This document shows, piece after piece, positions 51,669-63,346 of a stretch of DNA of 64,000 nt (position 1 is the stretch's first letter; the number at the start of each line of letters is the position of its first letter). A model generated the notes under the pieces. It made no database searches. It was given only the letters and a program-made list of their open reading frames with translations, and was not told the origin of the DNA. Source of the stretch: Roseibium aggregatum (GTDB lineage: Bacteria; Pseudomonadota; Alphaproteobacteria; Rhizobiales; Stappiaceae); assembly GCF_014692675.1 (NCBI RefSeq), contig NZ_JABFCZ010000013.1, forward strand, positions 1 through 64,000. The letters run 5' to 3'. The position numbers and the translations under genes are program-made.

Positions 51669-51829
51669 AAATTCCGCCGCAATCCGGGCGCCAATCTCAC
51701 GACTGCGGAATGACACGCGCCCCGCGTAAGCCCTTCTCCGGCCAGCCGTATTCCAGCTCCGTCAGAGGACCCAAGCCGCTGGAGCCACCCGGGGGAACCG
51801 GGCCGGGCCCCGCCGCGACAGCACCGCAC
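51669..51829 (+). ncRNA. Conserved ~160-nt non-coding leader element, copy 1 (putative cis-regulatory RNA or regulatory region), 100 nt upstream of a DUF1344-like gene
   Basis: About 80% nucleotide identity to 61381-61543, including the block GCGGAATGACACGCGCCCYGCGTAAGCCCTTCT and GGACCCAAGCCGC. Translation is not conserved between copies. A stem GCGGGCGC/GCGCCCGC with a semi-compensatory change can form. Confidence 0.55.
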
Positions 51830-51928
51830 GAGCAAAACAGTTTCGACCTGTTCTCAATCCCGTGGCAGCCGGCAATCCGCCCGGCGGCGGTCCTATCAAA
51901 CATGCCTGCTCTGAATGGAGTAACTTCA

Positions 51929-52186
51929 ATGCGCCTGTCTCTTCTCGCAGCCCTTGCCGTTCTGCTTCCCCTGTCCGTTTCCGCCGCCTACGCGGAAGAC
52001 GCCAGCGGCCAGGTCACCGAAGTCGATACACAGACCCGGACCATCGTTCTGGAAGAAACAACGACCTTCATCGTCGATGACGGCGTCCACATGAACAGCG
52101 TGGATGTCGGCGACAACGTCCAGATCAAATTCAGCTCGGCGGCCGACGGCACGCTCCACGCCTCCGAAGTCACTGTAACGGAATAA
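51929..52186 (+). CDS. DUF1344-like small secreted protein, paralog 1
   Basis: Signal peptide MRLSLLAALAVLLPLSVSAAYA, then a ~63-aa mature domain with the pattern G-V-EVD---RTIVLE--TT--V-D---------GD-V-I-F. Confidence 0.6.
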   Translation: MRLSLLAALAVLLPLSVSAAYAEDASGQVTEVDTQTRTIVLEETTTFIVDDGVHMNSVDVGDNVQIKFSSAADGTLHASEVTVTE

Positions 52187-52240
52187 TGGCCTGGCGCTCG
52201 CCGGACGGAGCTTCTTTCCGGCGGGCGCGCCTCTCCCTGT

Positions 52241-54772
52241 TCAGGCCGTCTTGGCGCGAATAGTCCATCGACGCCCTCTGCCTGGAAGCATTAGATCCAG
52301 TTTGGACAACGGCACCGGATGACTGAAAAGATAGCCTTGAACCTGATGACATCCGACCGCCCGGAGAAAATCCAGCTGTTCGGGCGCTTCAACCCCTTCG
52401 GCGACGGTGGTGACCTGGAGCGAACGCGCCAGCCCGGTCACGGCCTTCACGATTGCGGCACAATCGGCATTGCTTTGAACCTTTGACACGAAAGACCGGT
52501 CGATCTTGATCTTGTCAAAGGGAAACTCCTGCAGATAGGTCAAGGAGGAATAGCCTGTTCCGAAATCGTCGAGAACCACGGACGCACCGAGTTCCCGCAA
52601 GGCGTGAAGCGTTGCCAGGTTTTCTTCGTTCTGCTGCAGCAGGACCGATTCCGTGACCTCCACTTCCAGCCGTTCCGGCGCCAGACCGGTCTGGGCAAGC
52701 GTGGCTTCGATCACCTGGAACAGTTTCGGATCCCGGAACTGAACCGGGGACAGGTTCACCGCGACCTTGATATGCGCAGGCAGGGTCATCGCGTCGGCGC
52801 ACGCCTTTCGCAACAGCCATCCGCCGAGTTCGAGGATCATTCCGGTTTCCTCGGCAAGTGCAATAAACGTGCCTGGAGAAATCGGGCCGCGCACGGGATG
52901 GGTCCACCGCGCCAGGGCTTCGACACCACACGTACTGCAGGTGCCCAGGTCGGTAATCGCCTGATAGTGCAAATCGATCTGTTCAAGGGATAGCGCTTCC
53001 CCGAGATCGGCGGCCAGGCTCCGCCGCGACCGGGTTTCGGCGGCCATCACGGGATCGAAAAACCGGTATCCCTTCCGCCCTTCCGATTTTGTCTTGTAGA
53101 GCGCGAGGTCGGCTTTTTTCAGGATATGGTCGGGCGTCGCGCCGTCTTCGGGCGCGATGGCAATGCCGATGCTCGTTGTAACGACGACTTCATTGCCGTC
53201 GATCAGGTAGGGCCCGTTCACGGCATTCAGGATATCTCTTGCGAGACGGGCCGCCGTTTCCCGCTGCCGGCCGCCATCGGTTGCCTGAAGGATCGCAAAC
53301 TCGTCACCGCCAAACCGCGCCACCGTATCGCGCGCGCCGGCGCAGTCTCGCAGGCGTTTGCCTATTTCGATCAGGAGGGCATCGCCGACAGGATGCCCGA
53401 GCGTATCGTTCACGGCCTTGAACTGGTCGAGATCAAGAACAAAGACCGCGAAGGTCTCTGCCCTGTCTTTCAGCCTGGCAAACGCGCCTTCGACTTCCTC
53501 GAGGAATGTCAGGCGGTTCGCCAAGGACGTCAGGGCGTCCTGCCGCGCCATGAGCGCAATCTTTTCTTCGGCGCGATGACGCTCGGTGACGTCGTCATGC
53601 GTCGCCACCCATCCGCCGCCCGGCATCGGACGATTGATGACATTGATAACCCGTCCGTCATCGGTCTCGATGATATGGGAAATCGCCTCGCCCTTTTCCA
53701 GGGCCGCCATGACTTTTGCCGTGAACGCCTTCACGTCGCCGTAGTCGACCCCCATCCATTTTCGAAATTCGATGACCTCTTCAAAAGACATTCCGGCACG
53801 GATCGCATCCGGCGGAATCCTGTACATGTCGAAATAACGCTGGTTGGACAGCACCAGGCGCGAATTCGCGTCCCACATGTTCAGGCCCTGCGACATGTTC
53901 TTCAACGCGGCGTTGAAATGCATGTTGCGCAGGCGCAGTTCTTCCTCCCGGCTCTTGAGAAGCCGGTTGTCCCGTTCGATTGTTTCCCGGAAGGCGGCGA
54001 CAGCCCGCACCATCTTTCCGATTTCGTCCTTCCGGCCGTTATCGTCAATCTCGACGTCCAGTTTGCCCGAGGACACATCCTGCATGAGATTCGTGATCGC
54101 CTGTATCGGACCGACAATCGATCTCGACAGGACCAGGGCCACGAAAAGACTGACGAGAACGGCCAACAGGCCACCAATGATCAGCAGGCGTTTCCTGGCG
54201 CTGGCCTCGCTCGCCAGATCTCCGGTGAAGGAGCGCGTTTCGTCGGCCACATGGAGGAAGAAGGAATCCAGGTTCTCGGCAACGACCTTGAACTCGTCAT
54301 CGACCATACCCAGCATCATCGTTGCCATCGGCGCATCGACGCTGCCGACGTCTATCGTGTCCCTGGCGACATGCTCATATTCTTTCCACTTGCCCTGGAG
54401 CATCTGGATCCGGTCGCGCTCCGCGGCAACGAGATCCTTTGGCTCGGCCAGTTCCGACAGAAGTGCAAAGGAGGCATCGATATCCTTGAAGACGTCTTCA
54501 TTGACGCCCTCCAGCAAGGCGGAATCGACGCCGTTGCTGGCCCAGGAGACATAACGGAAGATACCCACATGGGCCGCGACCGCCTTGTCCTTGAGCCGGG
54601 AAACCAGGAGCTGTTTGGGCAATGTGGCCGTTGACAGCCGGTTGAGCCCGACGTCCATGTTCGTGATCGTGAAATACGCATTCGCACCGAGAATGACGAG
54701 GCAGACCACGAGCAGGGCATAGGCGGCCAGCATCTTGGTTCGAATGGAAATGTTACGCAGCAGAAATGCCAT
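52241..54772 (-). CDS. Membrane sensor diguanylate cyclase/phosphodiesterase (periplasmic helical sensor-HAMP-PAS-GGDEF-EAL)
   Basis: TM1, a large periplasmic domain, TM2, HAMP, PAS, GGDEF (RFGGDEFAIL) and EAL (GVEALARWTHP...DDFGTGYSSL). Confidence 0.9.
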   Translation of the reverse strand: MAFLLRNISIRTKMLAAYALLVVCLVILGANAYFTITNMDVGLNRLSTATLPKQLLVSRLKDKAVAAHVGIFRYVSWASNGVDSALLEGVNEDVFKDIDASFALLSELAEPKDLVAAERDRIQMLQGKWKEYEHVARDTIDVGSVDAPMATMMLGMVDDEFKVVAENLDSFFLHVADETRSFTGDLASEASARKRLLIIGGLLAVLVSLFVALVLSRSIVGPIQAITNLMQDVSSGKLDVEIDDNGRKDEIGKMVRAVAAFRETIERDNRLLKSREEELRLRNMHFNAALKNMSQGLNMWDANSRLVLSNQRYFDMYRIPPDAIRAGMSFEEVIEFRKWMGVDYGDVKAFTAKVMAALEKGEAISHIIETDDGRVINVINRPMPGGGWVATHDDVTERHRAEEKIALMARQDALTSLANRLTFLEEVEGAFARLKDRAETFAVFVLDLDQFKAVNDTLGHPVGDALLIEIGKRLRDCAGARDTVARFGGDEFAILQATDGGRQRETAARLARDILNAVNGPYLIDGNEVVVTTSIGIAIAPEDGATPDHILKKADLALYKTKSEGRKGYRFFDPVMAAETRSRRSLAADLGEALSLEQIDLHYQAITDLGTCSTCGVEALARWTHPVRGPISPGTFIALAEETGMILELGGWLLRKACADAMTLPAHIKVAVNLSPVQFRDPKLFQVIEATLAQTGLAPERLEVEVTESVLLQQNEENLATLHALRELGASVVLDDFGTGYSSLTYLQEFPFDKIKIDRSFVSKVQSNADCAAIVKAVTGLARSLQVTTVAEGVEAPEQLDFLRAVGCHQVQGYLFSHPVPLSKLDLMLPGRGRRWTIRAKTA

Positions 54773-54805
54773 CGCCAGCGCCCCAGGCGTGTCTTAATTA
54801 TACGA

Positions 54806-55270
54806 TCAGAAGCGGTAGACCCCGACTCCTACGAAGTAATCGCCCATGCGCTCGATGTAGCTCGACTTGTCTTCGATCCTGTTGTTGAGCGGATTGGGCC
54901 ACTTGTAGTCGACCCAGCCGTGGCCGGGCTCGCCCTTGGCAATGTCGATCATCTCCTGGATCAGATACTTGCCGTCCTGGTCCTTGAGCTTCAGCAGGTT
55001 CTTGCCGACCAGCGCCGGCCGCGCTCCGTGGGCGACATTGACGCCGTTCAGGTCATAAATGAAAGGATAGAGATCCCGGTCATGGAACTCCGGGGTCGAC
55101 TGGTCGGTAACGGCCGCAAAGGTCTTCTCCCCGCCGTCGCGGTCAAACCGCTCGACGACACGTTTCACCATGTCGACCGCCTCTTGCTTCGTCCCGTATT
55201 CCGAAGCATGTGACAGAAAAGGGGTCAAAATGAACAAGGCTGCGAACAGCCGAAAAATATTTCGAAGCAT
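54806..55270 (-). CDS. Secreted single Cache-like domain protein
   Basis: Signal peptide MLRNIFRLFAALFILTPFLSHA plus a Cache-type fold sequence (YPFIYDLNGVNVAHGARPALVGKNLLKLKDQDGKYLIQEM...YFVGVGVYR). Confidence 0.6.
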   Translation of the reverse strand: MLRNIFRLFAALFILTPFLSHASEYGTKQEAVDMVKRVVERFDRDGGEKTFAAVTDQSTPEFHDRDLYPFIYDLNGVNVAHGARPALVGKNLLKLKDQDGKYLIQEMIDIAKGEPGHGWVDYKWPNPLNNRIEDKSSYIERMGDYFVGVGVYRF

Positions 55271-55457
55271 TTCACATCCTCCCGCTCCACCGGAAAAGAT
55301 GAAGTAAATATATTTATACAACCTAAATCTCTTAACACAGCGTCATTTATCGTATTTCTGATCGAGGCGATAACCTCCGGAAGGTGAACAAAATTTTTCA
55401 GGTATATTTAAAATTCCTGAGCATTTTTATTCTTCGATCACCACCGCAGCGCGAAAG

Positions 55458-55889
55458 GTGTTACTGCAGAGCGATGAAAGTGAACCGGCGGCAAAATCCG
55501 GCAGTTGCCGGTCCGCTCGCAAATGGGAAAAGCTCTTGACCGACGTTAAGCCCCTGAATGTCCTGTTCGTGTGCAGCCGCAACCAGTGGCGCAGCCCGAC
55601 CGGGGAAGCCGTGTTCAGGAAAATGGCGGGCGTCGCCACCCGGTCCGCGGGCACCAGCCGAAACGCCCGCCGCAAGCTGTCCCTTTCCGACATCCGCTGG
55701 GCCGATCTGATCCTGGTCATGGAGGAGAAGCACGCGTCCCGGATCCGGGCGGACTTCCGCCAGGAAGTTCGTCACAAGGCGCTTCACGTGCTCGATATTC
55801 CCGATGACTATCGCTACATGGATGAAGACCTGATCGAGCTGTTCCACGAAGCCGCCGGACCGATCATCGCCAATGCCATTGCAGATTAA
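55458..55889 (+). CDS. Low-molecular-weight protein-tyrosine-phosphatase/ArsC-like fold protein (start uncertain)
   Basis: P-loop LNVLFVCSRNQWRSP (the CX5R(S) signature). Confidence 0.6.
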   Translation: MLLQSDESEPAAKSGSCRSARKWEKLLTDVKPLNVLFVCSRNQWRSPTGEAVFRKMAGVATRSAGTSRNARRKLSLSDIRWADLILVMEEKHASRIRADFRQEVRHKALHVLDIPDDYRYMDEDLIELFHEAAGPIIANAIAD

Positions 55890-55956
55890 CACTTAAAACA
55901 GCCGGACCAGGACGGTCCCTCCGCCTTCGTCCGGCTGTTTCAATGCCGCGATTCCG

Positions 55957-56342
55957 TCAGGCGGCAGCCCGATCTTCCTCGGCAAACACGTCCATGGCAG
56001 CATTCAGCCCGTTGATTGCCGCCGGCAGGCCGCCATAGACCGCCATCTGCCAGATCGCCTCGACGATCTCGGTCCGGCTCACCCCCGCCGCCAGTGTGTG
56101 TTCGATGTTGATTTTCATTGCGGGCCGGTCTGGCCGCCCAGCGCGGTCAGCGCCGCAATCGTGCAAAGTTGCCGGGTCTTCAAATCCAGTCCCGGGCGGG
56201 CATAGTGCCGGCCATAGGCCCACTCGATCAGGCTTTCGGCGAAATCCGGCAGCAGCGCGCCGTATCGGTCATCGAGGATCTGTTCCAGATCCGGGTTCAG
56301 CTTCTTCGTCAGCTCACGGCCACGTTCCAGTGCAGTGCTCAT
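55957..56342 (-). pseudogene. Carboxymuconolactone decarboxylase (AhpD-like) gene split by a frameshift into two overlapping ORFs
   Basis: The N-terminal half (56115-56342, ...LKTRQLCTIAALTALGGQ) and C-terminal half (55957-56223, ...EHTLAAGVSRTEIVEAIWQMAVYGG) are in different frames and overlap around 56115-56223. Confidence 0.55.
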
Positions 56343-56360
56343 TCATCAGTCCTTTGAAGG

Positions 56361-56777
56361 TCACTGCGCGCCGTGTCCGGTTCGCGCGCAGTTTTCGAAA
56401 GACGGATCGACGGGTCCACCCGCTTCCATCTTCCGGTAGAGGTCGATCTTGTCGTCCAGAACGCTCAGCACCTCGGTGAGTCGGGCAATGTCTTCCGCCA
56501 CCTTTCCCCGGTGACGTTCCAGCATCTGCCGGCGCAGACCGAGCGAAGCGGCCCCCTTGCCGCGCAGATCCGCATACCGCAGCCGGTCCTTGATCCCCAT
56601 GCCGGTCGCCTTCAGCCGGTCGAGAAAATCGATCCACCGCAGCATCGCTGCATCATAGACCCGCCGGCCACCGCCATCGCGCGGCGCTTTGGGGATCAGG
56701 CCGATCTTTTCGTAATAACGCAGCGTATCGACGCTGAGCCCCGACTTTTCCGCAAGATCACCGATCAGCATGGACAT
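56361..56777 (-). CDS. MerR-family transcriptional regulator
   Basis: HTH MLIGDLAEKSGLSVDTLRYYEKIGLIPKAPRDGGGRRVYD. Confidence 0.8.
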   Translation of the reverse strand: MSMLIGDLAEKSGLSVDTLRYYEKIGLIPKAPRDGGGRRVYDAAMLRWIDFLDRLKATGMGIKDRLRYADLRGKGAASLGLRRQMLERHRGKVAEDIARLTEVLSVLDDKIDLYRKMEAGGPVDPSFENCARTGHGAQ

Positions 56778-56973
56778 TCTCCGAACAGGACGATTTGAAA
56801 GACCCTAGGTGCTGGAGTGCACTCCAGGTCAAGAACCGGTTTTCGCTTTTTTCGCTCCAAAGATGGCCGCAAGACGCCTCTCATCCACAAAGCGACGGTT
56901 TTTATTGATCCACCATTCAAAAAAACGCTAGAAAAACCGCGAGGCCAGAAATTTCTTCAGACGGAGATCCCCG

Positions 56974-58491
56974 ATGAGCCACGCCAAGAACATTCTCGTC
57001 CTGATGGTGGATCAGTTGAACGGAACGCTGTTTCCGGACGGGCCTGCCGGGTTTCTCCATGCACCGAACCTGAAGAAGCTCGCCGCCCGCTCCGCCCGCT
57101 TCCGCAACGCCTATACGGCCTCGCCGCTCTGCGCCCCCGGCCGGGCAAGTTTCATGTCCGGGCAACTGCCGCAGCGGACCCGGGTCTATGACAATGCCGC
57201 GGAATTTGCGTCCGATATTCCGACCTACGCCCATCACCTGCGCCGCGCCGGCTATACCACCTGCCTCTCGGGCAAGATGCATTTCGTCGGCCCGGACCAG
57301 TTGCACGGTTTCGAGGAACGGCTGACCACGGATATCTATCCGGCCGATTTCGGCTGGACGCCGGACTACCGCAGGCCCGGCGAGCGGATCGACTGGTGGT
57401 ACCACAACATGGGCTCGGTCACCGGCGCCGGCGTCGCGGAAATCACCAACCAGATGGAATATGACGACGACGTCGCGTTCCAGGCGGTGCGCAAGATCTA
57501 CGATTACGGCCGCGGCAAGTACGACCGGCCGTGGATGCTGACCGTCAGCTTCACCCATCCGCACGACCCTTACGTGGCGCGCAAGAAGTACTGGGACCTT
57601 TACGAGGACTGCGAGCACCTGCTGCCGGAAGTTCCCGCCATCCCCTATGAAGACCAGGACGCCCATTCCAAACGCATCTTCGATGCCAACGACTGGCGCA
57701 GCTTCGCCATCACCGGGGAGGACATCCGCCGTTCGCGCCGGGCATATTTCGCCAACCTCTCCTATCTGGACGACAAGATCGGCGAGATCCTGACGGCGCT
57801 CGATGCCATGCGCATGACCGACGACACGACCATCGTCTTCGTGTCCGACCACGGCGACATGCTCGGCGAGCGGGGACTGTGGTTCAAGATGACCTTCTTC
57901 GAGGGCTCCTCCCGCGTGCCGCTGATGGTCGCGGACCCGGACATGCCATCCGGCCTCTACGAAACCCCGGTGAGCACGCTGGACGTGCTGCCCACGCTGG
58001 CCGAACTCGCCGGCATCGACATGGACGAAATCATGCCCTGGACCGACGGCGAAAGCCTCGTGCCGCTGGCGAACGGCGTGAAGCGCCTGTCGCCGGTACG
58101 CATGGAATATGCCGCGGAAGCGTCCTACGCGCCGCTGGTCGGCCTCCGCCGGGGCCCTTACAAATACGTCCATTGCGAACTCGACCCGCCTCAGCTTTTC
58201 GATCTGGAAAAAGACCCGCTGGAACTGAACAACCTCGCTGAGGACACCGCATTCACCGACATTGCCGCAGAGCTCGCCGCCGAAGTTCGCGACACCTGGG
58301 ACATGGCCGCCTTCGACGCGGATATCCGCCAGTCCCAGGCCCGGCGCTGGATCGTCTACGAGGCGCTGAGAAACGGCGCCTATTTCCCGTGGGACTACCA
58401 GCCCCTGCAGAAGGCATCCGAGCGCTACATGCGCAATCACATGGACCTGAACGAGGTCGAAGAAGGCCAGCGGTTCCCGCGGGGCGAGTGA
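56974..58491 (+). CDS. betC: Choline-sulfatase
   Basis: Sulfatase signature SPLCAPGRASFMSG (the C-x-P-x-R formylglycine site), at the ~505 aa typical of BetC. Confidence 0.85.
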   Translation: MSHAKNILVLMVDQLNGTLFPDGPAGFLHAPNLKKLAARSARFRNAYTASPLCAPGRASFMSGQLPQRTRVYDNAAEFASDIPTYAHHLRRAGYTTCLSGKMHFVGPDQLHGFEERLTTDIYPADFGWTPDYRRPGERIDWWYHNMGSVTGAGVAEITNQMEYDDDVAFQAVRKIYDYGRGKYDRPWMLTVSFTHPHDPYVARKKYWDLYEDCEHLLPEVPAIPYEDQDAHSKRIFDANDWRSFAITGEDIRRSRRAYFANLSYLDDKIGEILTALDAMRMTDDTTIVFVSDHGDMLGERGLWFKMTFFEGSSRVPLMVADPDMPSGLYETPVSTLDVLPTLAELAGIDMDEIMPWTDGESLVPLANGVKRLSPVRMEYAAEASYAPLVGLRRGPYKYVHCELDPPQLFDLEKDPLELNNLAEDTAFTDIAAELAAEVRDTWDMAAFDADIRQSQARRWIVYEALRNGAYFPWDYQPLQKASERYMRNHMDLNEVEEGQRFPRGE

Positions 58492-58822
58492 GTTGGACCC
58501 GAGCGCGACCAAGCGCTTAAGCGCATGCCTTGGCGGCACTTTCGCTTACTGATTAAAAGATCAGCCGCGATGCGTGCTTCCGCATAAAAAAGAAGCACTA
58601 TTTAGCGGTTGTAATGGCCCGACCTACGCGTTCCTTTGCACTTCCTTAGAGTTTTGCCGCGATAAAATTTGCGAGGAGTTTTCTCATGGGCCTGTTGAGT
58701 GGGGTGTGACATTGCTGTTCAAACGATCGATCGGGCACAAGGAGCCGGCAATTGCCGGTTCTTCGAACCTTTCCGGAAAAAAGCGCATCCGGCTTCCGCA
58801 GTTTTCGGTCAAGACCCAGTTC

Positions 58823-61198
58823 ATGGGCGGTCTCGGCGTCATGCTGCTGTGCGCGGTCGGAGTCGGCGCCAGCGGCCTTCTTGCCGCCGGACAGGTGCAG
58901 CAAACCGTTTCCATCGCCAATCAGGCCAGCGGAATTCTGGGCAATGTTCCCGGCCTCCTGCGCCATCTGGGCGATTTCGGCCAGTCGGGAACGGACGAAG
59001 CCTCGGATGCGGTCCGCGCCGAAATCGCCGCCATCACCGGCCGGGCCGACCGGCTTGCTGCGGAGCGGCCTGACGAAGCGAACGAACTGGCAGCGATCAC
59101 TCGTGAACTGGACGGCGCGTTCGATACCCTTGCCGGCGCGCGGCAGAACCGGGACGATGCGGTTCAGGTGCTGAACGACATGACCTCCAGCCTGCTGGCG
59201 ACAACCGGCACGGCCTTCGAACAGATCGAGGCACTGGCAAGCCAGCGCGTCGCGGCGACCCTAGTCAATGAAGGCAAGCTGCAGAAGCTGTCGGGCGTGG
59301 AGTCTCGCATCAGCGACATGCGCGTTGCCATCGTCATGATCGGCAAGGACACCGCCGAGATAACGCAGCAGGCGGACAAGAAGCTGGCCAAGAACGTCGT
59401 GAAACAGATCAAGGATCTTGAGAAAGACGCCAAAGCCGTCCGCAGGGCGGTCAAGCTTGATACGGTCAAGAATCTGGCGAAGACCTTTCTTGCGCAGACC
59501 AAGGATCTCGCAAAGAAGGTCGGCTCCGCCGAACCGGGCGACTTCGCACCGGCCGTGGCGTCCCTTTCCAGCCTGATCGGCGACCTGCAGGCCGCGGTCA
59601 AGACACCGATTTCGGACATGAAGACGGAGCTGCGCGCCTTCGAGACGGTGAACGCGGCCATCGCCCGCCTGTCGACCAACACCCAGACCCTTGCCCGCGG
59701 CGCCGTCAGCATCAGGAGCACCTATGCCGATTACCTGAAGCAGCCCTCCGCCGAAGCGGCAACGGTTCTCCAGGGCATCCTCGACGAAATGACGAGGGTC
59801 TCCGGCAACATGGCCGATACCCTGACCAGGACCATATCGGAAACCGGCGACAAGGACGTTCTGGCGGTTCTGAACGGTTCTGTTGCGGCCCTGATCGAGG
59901 AAACCCGGGCGGCAACGGCCAAGGTGCCCGATACCTTCGCCGGGGTCATGTCGGCAACGGAGACGCTGAATTCTGCGGACAACGTCTTTTCGAACACGGT
60001 CGCCAACCTGGCCGATGCCGCGCGCGGGATCAGCGAACAGTCCGGTTCACAGGCCGTTGCTGCCGGACAGGGCGCGAAAATCGAGATCGTGGTCGCTCTC
60101 GGCCTGGCGCTGGCGATCAGCGCCCTGCTCGCGGTCATGCTGTCGCGCACGATCATGACGCCGCTCCGCCTCCTGACCGCCGCCATGCGGCATCTTCAGG
60201 ACGGGAAAACCGATCTCGACATCCCGGCGGAACACCGGCGCGACGAGATCGGCGACATGGCCCGCGCCATCGGCACCTTCAGCGACCGGGAACGCGAACG
60301 GTTCCGTCTGGAGGAAGAGCAGCGTGTAAACGCCGAAGCGACCCACCATCGCCAGCAGAAGGTGGACCGGCTGGTTGCCGAGTTCCGCCAGGACATCGAA
60401 ACCGCCCTGTCGGCCGTCACGGAAAACATGCAGCAGCTCGAAGCCACCGCGGAACTCCTCACCGGCATCGCCAGCAACACCAGCGGCAAGAGCGAGGAAG
60501 TTTCGCAGGCCTCCCGAGACGCAACAGACAACGTACAGACCGTGGCCGCCGCCACGGAGGAACTGACCGCCTCCGTGCAGGAGGTCGGCCGTCAGGTGCA
60601 TGACACGCTCGGACGGGTGGAAGACGCGACCGGCGCAACCAGAACCTCGACCGAACAGGTGCGCGGCCTGTCCCGGGCCGCAGAGCGCATCGGCGATGTG
60701 GTGTCGCTCATCCAGGAAATCGCCGAACAGACGAACCTGCTCGCGCTCAATGCCACCATCGAGGCGGCGCGCGCCGGGGAAGCCGGCAAGGGCTTTGCCG
60801 TCGTCGCCTCCGAGGTCAAGTCGCTGGCCGGCCAGACCGCAAAGGCGACGGATGAAATCTCCAGCCATATTTCGGATATCCAGCAGTCCACCAATACGGC
60901 GGTTCAGGCGATCACCGGCATCATGGACATGATGGAAGCCGTCAACGAGACGGCCGCCGCCATGGCGGCTTCGGTGGAACAGCAGTCGTCCGCGACCGAG
61001 GAAATTTCCACCAGCATCAGCATCGCCGCTGAACGCACCTCCCACGTTACGGACAACATCCGGATCGTGTCGCAGGGATCTGGCGAAACCAGCCAGTCGG
61101 CCCAGCAGGTCGAACAGGTGACCGACGAGGCCACAAGACAGCTCGGTGCCCTGACCCAGCGGATAGAAACCTTCCTCAAGGACGTGGCGGCCGCTTAG
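58823..61198 (+). CDS. Methyl-accepting chemotaxis protein with a large N-terminal helical sensor and HAMP domain. The start may be an upstream non-ATG codon.
   Basis: TM1, a ~400-aa sensor, TM2, HAMP, and the highly conserved signalling domain ([42 protein letters not shown]). Confidence 0.9.
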   Translation: MGGLGVMLLCAVGVGASGLLAAGQVQQTVSIANQASGILGNVPGLLRHLGDFGQSGTDEASDAVRAEIAAITGRADRLAAERPDEANELAAITRELDGAFDTLAGARQNRDDAVQVLNDMTSSLLATTGTAFEQIEALASQRVAATLVNEGKLQKLSGVESRISDMRVAIVMIGKDTAEITQQADKKLAKNVVKQIKDLEKDAKAVRRAVKLDTVKNLAKTFLAQTKDLAKKVGSAEPGDFAPAVASLSSLIGDLQAAVKTPISDMKTELRAFETVNAAIARLSTNTQTLARGAVSIRSTYADYLKQPSAEAATVLQGILDEMTRVSGNMADTLTRTISETGDKDVLAVLNGSVAALIEETRAATAKVPDTFAGVMSATETLNSADNVFSNTVANLADAARGISEQSGSQAVAAGQGAKIEIVVALGLALAISALLAVMLSRTIMTPLRLLTAAMRHLQDGKTDLDIPAEHRRDEIGDMARAIGTFSDRERERFRLEEEQRVNAEATHHRQQKVDRLVAEFRQDIETALSAVTENMQQLEATAELLTGIASNTSGKSEEVSQASRDATDNVQTVAAATEELTASVQEVGRQVHDTLGRVEDATGATRTSTEQVRGLSRAAERIGDVVSLIQEIAEQTNLLALNATIEAARAGEAGKGFAVVASEVKSLAGQTAKATDEISSHISDIQQSTNTAVQAITGIMDMMEAVNETAAAMAASVEQQSSATEEISTSISIAAERTSHVTDNIRIVSQGSGETSQSAQQVEQVTDEATRQLGALTQRIETFLKDVAAA

Positions 61199-61380
61199 AG
61201 TGTTTCCAGCAAAAGTGGATACCGGTTTTGCGGTTCGGAAACACGACAAGGAAAAAGTTCAGAACGTATCCCGAGATTGAAAGATCTCGGGATACGTTCT
61301 GAAAAATAAGAATTTCCCGGAGGCGCGGGACACGTTCCCGTCTCCGGGAAAAATTATTTTTCAAGCCTCTTTTCCAGCCT

Positions 61381-61543
61381 AAAATCCGCCGCAATGCGGG
61401 CGCTCATATCTCGATCGCGGAATGACACGCGCCCTGCGTAAGCCCTTCTGGGGAAACCGGAATCCGGATCCCCAAAGGACCCAAGCCGCCTGCTTCCCCG
61501 GACAGAACGTCCGGGAAAAGACAGGCCGCGACAGCTCCGCACC
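61381..61543 (+). ncRNA. Conserved ~160-nt non-coding leader element, copy 2, 111 nt upstream of the second DUF1344-like gene
   Basis: Paralogous to 51669-51829 (see that entry). The 147-aa ORF listed over it (61422-61865) is out of frame with the downstream gene and is not conserved at protein level. Confidence 0.55.
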
Positions 61544-61653
61544 TTTATTAAAAACCAAACCCCGATACCCCCCGGCAGGATCCGAGGATACGGCTCCCCG
61601 CGCCTTGAGGCCGGCCCGTCCTCACCTTCGGGGCTCTCTCTGGAGATCCTGGA

Positions 61654-61917
61654 ATGCGCATGTTCAAACGCCTGGTGGCCGTCCTGGCCGTGATGGTCGT
61701 CCTGCCGCTCTCGCACGCCTTTGCCGACGAGACCACAGGCACCATTGTGGAGATCGACCCGGACGCGAAATCCATCGTTCTGGACGACGACACCGTCTAC
61801 GTCCTGCCGGACACCATCGATCCGGAAGGATTGAATATCGGCGACGTGGTGCAGATCACCTATAGCGAATCCGACAGCGGCACCCTGGTCGTGACCGCAC
61901 TTTCCGTCACCAACTGA
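61654..61917 (+). CDS. DUF1344-like small secreted protein, paralog 2
   Basis: Signal peptide MRMFKRLVAVLAVMVVLPLSHAFA plus a mature domain GTIVEIDPDAKSIVLDDDTVYVLPDTIDPEGLNIGDVVQITY that aligns to paralog 1. Confidence 0.6.
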   Translation: MRMFKRLVAVLAVMVVLPLSHAFADETTGTIVEIDPDAKSIVLDDDTVYVLPDTIDPEGLNIGDVVQITYSESDSGTLVVTALSVTN

Positions 61918-61960
61918 CACGCATCGCCCGGTCCCTCCAAAGGGGCCGGGTCTCGCCTTG

Positions 61961-63346
<1,386 letters not shown>

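Noticed and set aside
51700-51730. ECF-sigma-type promoter reading of GGAAT-N13-CGTAAG inside the conserved leader
   Set aside because: The spacer is too short for EcfG/RpoE-type promoters (GGAAC-N16-17-CGTT), so I could not support it. It is left as a possibility inside the leader finding.
51590-52186. 198-aa ORF that fuses the conserved leader in frame to DUF1344 paralog 1
   Set aside because: In copy 2 the equivalent upstream ORF is in a different frame from the gene, and the two upstream translations diverge after 11 residues. The upstream part is therefore not protein-coding, and the gene starts at 51929.
53126-54634. 502-aa ORF on the + strand
   Set aside because: Antisense to the GGDEF-EAL sensor gene.
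56917-58539. 540-aa ORF on the - strand
   Set aside because: Antisense to betC.
60047-61249. 400-aa ORF on the - strand
   Set aside because: Antisense to the MCP gene.
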